Below are positions 27,058 to 32,000 of a DNA stretch of 32,000 nt, piece after piece (the stretch's first letter is position 1; each line of letters starts with the position of its first letter). Source of the DNA: Haloquadratum walsbyi C23 (GTDB lineage: Archaea; Halobacteriota; Halobacteria; Halobacteriales; Haloferacaceae). Made by a program: the position numbers and the translations under genes. The notes under the pieces were generated by a model. The model saw nothing but the letters and a program-made list of their open reading frames with translations. It was not told the origin of the DNA and did not search any database. The DNA lies in NCBI RefSeq assembly GCF_000237865.1, contig NC_017459.1:3060001-3092000 (forward strand), given 5' to 3'.

Positions 27058-29316
27058 ATGGCTAGTGCGCTCGATGATGATGCGCGACAGGCGATCGGCA
27101 CCGGTCGAGAGACTGCGGGCGCAATGTTACGAGCCGCGCAGAAGGACTTACAAAAAGTCTTCATTGTTTTCTTAATTGGCTTTCTTGGTACATTTTACGC
27201 GCTCAGACTCGTTGTTTGGGAGTTTTTAAAATCGGTAACAGTCGCTCAGATGAATGCGCAAATCAAGGATGCTGTATCAATCATCGCACAAACACCGTTT
27301 GATGTCATTCTTCTCCAAGCAAAGATTGGTCTAGTTGTTGGGCTTATTATTGCTGCACCAATATTTATTTATTATAGTCGTGACGCCCTCGAACAGCGTG
27401 GACTGTGGCCGTCTGCACCAGTAGCATGGTGGAAGCTACTAATCATTGCTCTTGGTGGTGTCAGTTTGTTTATTATCGGCGTGGCATACGGTTACTTTCT
27501 GTTTTTCCCATTTACCTTCTCATTTCTTGCAAAAAACGCCGTTGCTGCGGGATTCGCACCAACATACTCAATTGTAAAATGGGCGCAGTTCATTTTCCTC
27601 CTGACGATTTCATTCGGATTTGCCAGCCAACTCCCGTTGGTAATGCCTGGGTTATCGTATGTTGATATCGTTCCATATGAGACGTTCCGTGATAAGTGGC
27701 GATATGCGGTTCTTGGTGTGTTTGTCGCTGGAGCACTTTTCACTCCACCAGATCCATTTACACAGATTCTGTGGGCGGTTCCTGTGCTTGCATTGTATGG
27801 TATCAGTCTCTATCTTGCGAAGATTGTCACAATCGCTCGCCGCGGAAGTGAACAGATCGATATTTCTGCAAGTATGGGCGCACACTGGAACATTATTGCG
27901 GGGTTTGCGTTTTGTGGTGTGGGAATGACGTATCTCTTCTTTGATACTGGTGGTACTATCATTGCGAATGATGCGCTTGTTATACTCGAAAGTCAGTATC
28001 GATTAATAACGCCTGAAGATCCCCTACTATTTGCTACATACACGCTCGCAAGTGGACTCATTACAGGTGCAATTGGAGTTGGATACGCTATATATACTGA
28101 TATCGATGATCTTGCAGCCATTGAAGCGGGCGTTGGCGACCCTGCATCGATTGAGCTTGGCACACTTGACGAGACAGGGGTCCGGGCTGCACCGCCGGAA
28201 GTGTTTGCTGCAATGAACGAACCGGAGGCAATGGCGGCTGCCAGTGACGCGATTGATGCTGGAGACCGTGCAAAAGCGCAGGCAATTATCGATAGATTCG
28301 ATGAAGATGGTAAAGATGCAGAGAATAGCGGATCAGACCCGACTGAGAGTTCACAACAATCTCAGAGCACACTCGGATCAATTCGTGAGAGAGCAGGTCG
28401 TGCTGGAAAGACATTCCTTTCAGAATTTGATCGAGGTGAAACGGACGCAGAGACAGAGACGGAGACTGACACCAACAGTAATGCCAATACCGACGAAGGC
28501 AGCACAACGAGCACTGAAGAGGAGTTTACCGGATATTACACCGATGTAAGATTTATTCTTGACTCAATTACCTCACATGCGTTTCGGCTTGTTGCGGTTT
28601 TTATGACGACACTTGCAGTTGCTTTCGGGTGGCTTTACACAGGTGGTATCAAGCAAGTGTATGATGACTTTCTTCGCCGACTCCCTGCACAAATACGTCC
28701 TGAAGAAGTGTTGAATGTTGTTGCACTTCACCCCATGGAAGCTCTTATTTTTGAGGTGAAGCTATCGACAATTCTGGCAGCTATTGCAACACTCCCACTC
28801 GCCGCGTATTATGCCTGGCCAGCACTTCGAGAGCGAGAACTCATTGCACAACGTCGCCACGCAGTGTTTCTCTGGACAGGTGCAGTTGGCGCTGGGCTTG
28901 CTGGAGGATTCGTCCTTGGATATACAATAATTGCACCCACAGTCATCTCTTGGCTCGTTAATAGTGCCGTCATAGCCGATATGATTGTTGCTTACCGGAT
29001 TACGAATTTCTTCTGGTTGATTTTCTTCACAACTGCCGGTATTGGACTTCTTGCCGACGTCCCTATCATAATGATTCTTTTGAATAATGCTGGTGTCAGT
29101 TATAACTCAATGCGAGGTCGCTGGCGTGAGGTAACAGTCGCCATGCTTGCTATTGCGGCGATATTCACACCTGCTGATATTCTGACGATGTTCCTTATTA
29201 CAATCCCACTGATGACTGCATATGCGATTGGACTTGGAGTGCTATTCATCATAACAATCGGTGGTCGCCGTGATCGTGCTACAGATCATGATCGCGGGGC
29301 TGAAGCGAATACGTAA
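27058..29316 (+). CDS. tatC: Tandem-domain TatC (TatCt-like, two fused TatC halves joined by an acidic cytoplasmic linker)
   Basis: 752 aa. The first TatC domain spans roughly residues 20-270 (...FTPPDPFTQ). A linker of about 220 aa carries ETDAETETETDTNSNANTDE. The second TatC domain follows (...FTPADILTM). The gene is divergent from the other tatC across a 447-bp spacer. Confidence 0.88.
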   Translation: MASALDDDARQAIGTGRETAGAMLRAAQKDLQKVFIVFLIGFLGTFYALRLVVWEFLKSVTVAQMNAQIKDAVSIIAQTPFDVILLQAKIGLVVGLIIAAPIFIYYSRDALEQRGLWPSAPVAWWKLLIIALGGVSLFIIGVAYGYFLFFPFTFSFLAKNAVAAGFAPTYSIVKWAQFIFLLTISFGFASQLPLVMPGLSYVDIVPYETFRDKWRYAVLGVFVAGALFTPPDPFTQILWAVPVLALYGISLYLAKIVTIARRGSEQIDISASMGAHWNIIAGFAFCGVGMTYLFFDTGGTIIANDALVILESQYRLITPEDPLLFATYTLASGLITGAIGVGYAIYTDIDDLAAIEAGVGDPASIELGTLDETGVRAAPPEVFAAMNEPEAMAAASDAIDAGDRAKAQAIIDRFDEDGKDAENSGSDPTESSQQSQSTLGSIRERAGRAGKTFLSEFDRGETDAETETETDTNSNANTDEGSTTSTEEEFTGYYTDVRFILDSITSHAFRLVAVFMTTLAVAFGWLYTGGIKQVYDDFLRRLPAQIRPEEVLNVVALHPMEALIFEVKLSTILAAIATLPLAAYYAWPALRERELIAQRRHAVFLWTGAVGAGLAGGFVLGYTIIAPTVISWLVNSAVIADMIVAYRITNFFWLIFFTTAGIGLLADVPIIMILLNNAGVSYNSMRGRWREVTVAMLAIAAIFTPADILTMFLITIPLMTAYAIGLGVLFIITIGGRRDRATDHDRGAEANT

Positions 29317-29440
29317 TTCAGTTTGTATTTTAGTTATTGACAGCAACCAGTATTGTCAGTCAATTAATTACAGTAGGGTAGGATAACATATCCTTGCTTC
29401 TCGAAGCAATATTAAGATGTTTGAACTTTTTATTCCACTT

Positions 29441-29797
29441 GTGAATCACCTCGGGGTCAAATCAACATCAAGCCCCCGAGGCTCCCCATTTCTACGACGC
29501 GGTTTGTACTCACTGACTCCCGCTGAGGCGTGAGCGTAGGGAGCACAGTCTACACAGGCGGTGATAAGAACGAAGCTTTCATTCGCACATCAGAATCGGT
29601 CCGCGATTCTGAGAACGGTAATTCGGAGTATCCCGCCCCTAACTGTTTCAACCCACACGATAGAGAATATTCCTCACTGCGTTGAGATTACGGTCTCCGG
29701 TGTGGTCGCACACTGGACATGAGTGTTTCCGCACCTAGATTAGCTTCGTTGTTTCAACACCACACACAGCGCATTCTTTCGTCGTGCCTTGTGGTTT
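29441..29797 (-). mobile_element. tnpB: Orphan 3' fragment of an IS200/IS605-family (IS1341-type) tnpB gene plus a right-end hairpin; the N-terminal ~85% of tnpB is missing
   Basis: The minus-strand frame 29797-29648 reads KPQGTTKECAVCGVETTKLI*VRKHSCPVCDHTGDRNLNAVRNILYRVG*. This is the TnpB zinc finger and last RuvC motif, with an in-frame TAG at 29737-29735 where Trp is expected. Shifted frames downstream give GLKQLGAGYSE... and ...NRVVEMGS..., as in haloarchaeal TnpB tails. A perfect 8-bp hairpin CCTCGGGG-17 nt-CCCCGAGG (29449-29481) is followed by TGATTCAC. Confidence 0.75.
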
Positions 29798-29932
29798 TTA
29801 CTCAGCTCTTTCGACAGTTAATTCCAATTGGTCGCCTTCCGCTAGATGAAGCCCACCTCGGACTTCTTCTGGAATGGTAATGACACCACGCTGTCGTACC
29901 TTCAGTAGCCTTCGGGTAACATTCGATCTGTC
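29798..29932 (-). pseudogene. AbrB/SpoVT-type DNA-binding domain remnant with no usable start codon
   Basis: The open frame reads ...LLKVRQRGVITIPEEVRGGLHLAEGDQLELTVERAE*, the classic swapped-hairpin GxVTIPxxxR...GD motif. It has no in-frame ATG or GTG, and the only TTG is too far into the frame. The only upstream ATG (29984) is in another frame, namely the listed ORF 29802..29984. The stop codon abuts the first codon of the tnpB fragment. Confidence 0.45.
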
Positions 29933-30020
29933 TTATGATGTATGATGCAGATTCAGCCAGAGTGAAGCTGTCGGCTTCAACCACACGGGGCAGTCGCTTT
30001 GTGTCGACTGTACATGAGTA

Positions 30021-30791
30021 TTACTCAATTACTTCTGCAAACCCAACGTTTGATTTGAGATCAGTCACGCGAACCCGAACAGAATCACCATTTTCGACAC
30101 CTGGAACAAAGAGCGTATATCCATCGATCTTGATAATACCGTCACCCTCACTTCCGATATCAACGACTGTTGCATCTAATTCGTCACCTGGGCTGACGGG
30201 TGCAGTAATACGATGTTTTCCGACAAGATATTGCTCGGATGATGAGTCTCGAGACGCATCCGGTCGAATTGATTTGACATACTCAAATTCCGTATCAACA
30301 TCTTGACGAAAGTCCGCGAGATCGCGTCCATCAAATACCTTGACAATAAAATCGCCACCGGCTGGAAGTATGTCAGTGGCGACTGAAAATGCCTGTCGGG
30401 CGAGATGAATCGAGCGCGCATGGTCAACTGAGTATTCACCGGTCATATTCGGCGCCATATCAGAGAGGACAACATCTACACTGCTATTATTTACTCGCTT
30501 GCGAAGGGCATTTTTCGTTGATTCGTCCGTCATATCTCCTCGAATAGTATCAACGATATCAGACTCAAGATCACGAATCCGCTGGAAATCAACCCCAATA
30601 ACAGTTCCAGATGGACCAACGGCCTCTGCAGCAACCTGTAGCCACCCACCTGGAGCAGCTCCAAGATCTATGACGGTATTTCCAGGACCAAACACCCCAG
30701 CGTCAGCATCGATCTGCTGGAGCTTATATGCTGACCGTGTCCGATATCCCTCCTGTTTTGCACGATTATAATATTCATCACGACCTGTCAT
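30021..30791 (-). CDS. rlmE: 23S rRNA 2'-O-ribose methyltransferase RlmE/FtsJ fused to a C-terminal TRAM domain
   Basis: RSAYKLQQID, SAM motif VIDLGAAPGGW, and VLSDMAPN. The TRAM-like tail is GDELDATVVDIGSEGDGIIKIDGYTLFVPG...VRVRVTD. I prefer the start MTGRDEYYNRAKQEGY at 30791 over the listed 30878. Confidence 0.88.
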   Translation of the reverse strand: MTGRDEYYNRAKQEGYRTRSAYKLQQIDADAGVFGPGNTVIDLGAAPGGWLQVAAEAVGPSGTVIGVDFQRIRDLESDIVDTIRGDMTDESTKNALRKRVNNSSVDVVLSDMAPNMTGEYSVDHARSIHLARQAFSVATDILPAGGDFIVKVFDGRDLADFRQDVDTEFEYVKSIRPDASRDSSSEQYLVGKHRITAPVSPGDELDATVVDIGSEGDGIIKIDGYTLFVPGVENGDSVRVRVTDLKSNVGFAEVIE

Positions 30792-31245
30792 GTATCTCTT
30801 ACCCCGTTTGCTGATATTCGCTGTAAAATGATAGCTGAACTCATCATAGTCATATGTCATTGAAGACTGCGAGGTCACAAAGATACGTCGACTGAATTAA
30901 TATGTACTATCCCGCTCACAGACACAACTATCAGGATAGTAAAATCATTTCCGAGTAGGAGACGGATAATGAAATATCATATATATTAGAAATGATATGA
31001 TTATCCTGTGACGCAGTATGTTTATTATCAATTGATATTCGTCTCATTACATATATCGTCTGAATGACCTATATCCGGAGATTATCCACGCATGTATTCC
31101 ATGAACCGTTCAATATGAGAGTCTCCGGCGTGCGTTTATTATATTGATATTATTTATCGATGGCTGACATATGTATAGAAACACCTCATGATTGCTTTCT
31201 GTAAATCAGGGGTATTTTTAAGACCTATACCGTACCAGAGGATAT

Positions 31246-31989
31246 ATGTTCAAGGCCATCGTGGGCGCGTCGACACTCCAAGATGCGCTCGATTCCGTGA
31301 GCGTACTCGTCGATGAGTGCAAGATCCGACTCAACGAAGGCGAACTCGCGATTCGGGCCGTTGATCCGGCTAATGTCGGGATGGTTGATTTGGCTCTCGA
31401 TACAGCAGCGTTCGAATCGTATACAGCCGACGACGGTGTCATTGGTGTCAACCTTTCAAAACTTGAGGATTTCATTGGTATGGCTAGCGGCGACCAACTG
31501 GTTGAACTCGAACTTGATGAGGAGACACGAAAGCTCAACATTCAGATGGATGGGCTCTCATCAACACTTGCATTAATTGATCCCGATTCAATTCGACAGG
31601 AACCTGATATCCCCGATTTGGACCTTGCTGCTGAGATTATGCTTGAGGGGGCACAACTTGATCGTGGCATCAAAGCAGCTGATATGGTTTCTGATCACGT
31701 TCGATTACGTGTTGCCCCTGATACCGAAGCATATCATATTGAAGCTGAAGGTGATACCGACGATGTTGATTTCAGGCTTGATACGGATGACCTCATTGCA
31801 CTTACCGCTGGTGAGGCTGATTCATTGTTCTCACTTGATTATCTCAAAGACATGAATAAAGCGATTCCAAAAGATGCAGAGGTTACGATTGAATTAGGAC
31901 AAGAATTCCCCGTGAAGGTTCATTATGGAATTGCTGAGGGGTATGGTGAAATCACATATATGCTCGCGCCTCGAATCCAGAGTGATTAA
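31246..31989 (+). CDS. pcn: PCNA sliding clamp
   Basis: [51 protein letters not shown]... 247 aa with a two-domain PCNA layout and a typical haloarchaeal PCNA N-terminus. Confidence 0.92.
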   Translation: MFKAIVGASTLQDALDSVSVLVDECKIRLNEGELAIRAVDPANVGMVDLALDTAAFESYTADDGVIGVNLSKLEDFIGMASGDQLVELELDEETRKLNIQMDGLSSTLALIDPDSIRQEPDIPDLDLAAEIMLEGAQLDRGIKAADMVSDHVRLRVAPDTEAYHIEAEGDTDDVDFRLDTDDLIALTAGEADSLFSLDYLKDMNKAIPKDAEVTIELGQEFPVKVHYGIAEGYGEITYMLAPRIQSD

Positions 31990-32000
31990 TTGACCAGATT

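Noticed and set aside
26611-27175. ORFs in the tatC divergent spacer (26746..26937, 26800..27015, 26930..27175) and a CPDCG motif at about 26870
   Set aside because: There is no in-frame start upstream of the single CxxC. The composition is non-acidic, and 26930..27175 runs out of frame into tatCt.

Overview
This window looks like a haloarchaeal chromosome segment: the proteins are strongly acidic and the spacers are AT-rich. The gene order and the inteins in replication genes resemble Haloquadratum walsbyi, but that is from memory and I cannot verify it here.

Most of the window is housekeeping:
- mcm, partial, running off the left edge and carrying two inteins
- a BioY/EcfA/EcfT biotin transporter operon
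- a 2x[4Fe-4S] ferredoxin, a class I glutamine amidotransferase and an alpha/beta hydrolase
- alaS, and the RFC small subunit with a P-loop intein
- a GNAT acetyltransferase, a phosphohexomutase, a GIY-YIG protein and surE
- rpiA, orc1/cdc6, a MutS-like ATPase and a PP-loop (LarE-like) ATPase
- a divergent tatC pair (one single-domain, one tandem-domain), rlmE-TRAM and PCNA

The unusual signal sits in three long non-coding spacers.
1. 17.3-19.7 kb holds two small ORFs missing from the ORF track. It also holds a 254-bp MITE with IS4-like ends and a 10-bp target duplication. The MITE lies 31 nt upstream of the CR-I motif of an RNase P RNA core whose P1-P3 domain I cannot place canonically. A 300-bp GC island of unknown function follows.
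2. 15.5-16.0 kb holds a 370-bp element with inverted termini.
3. 29.3-30.0 kb holds an orphan tnpB 3' fragment with a right-end hairpin, abutting an AbrB-like remnant.

I found no rRNA, tRNA or CRISPR array.
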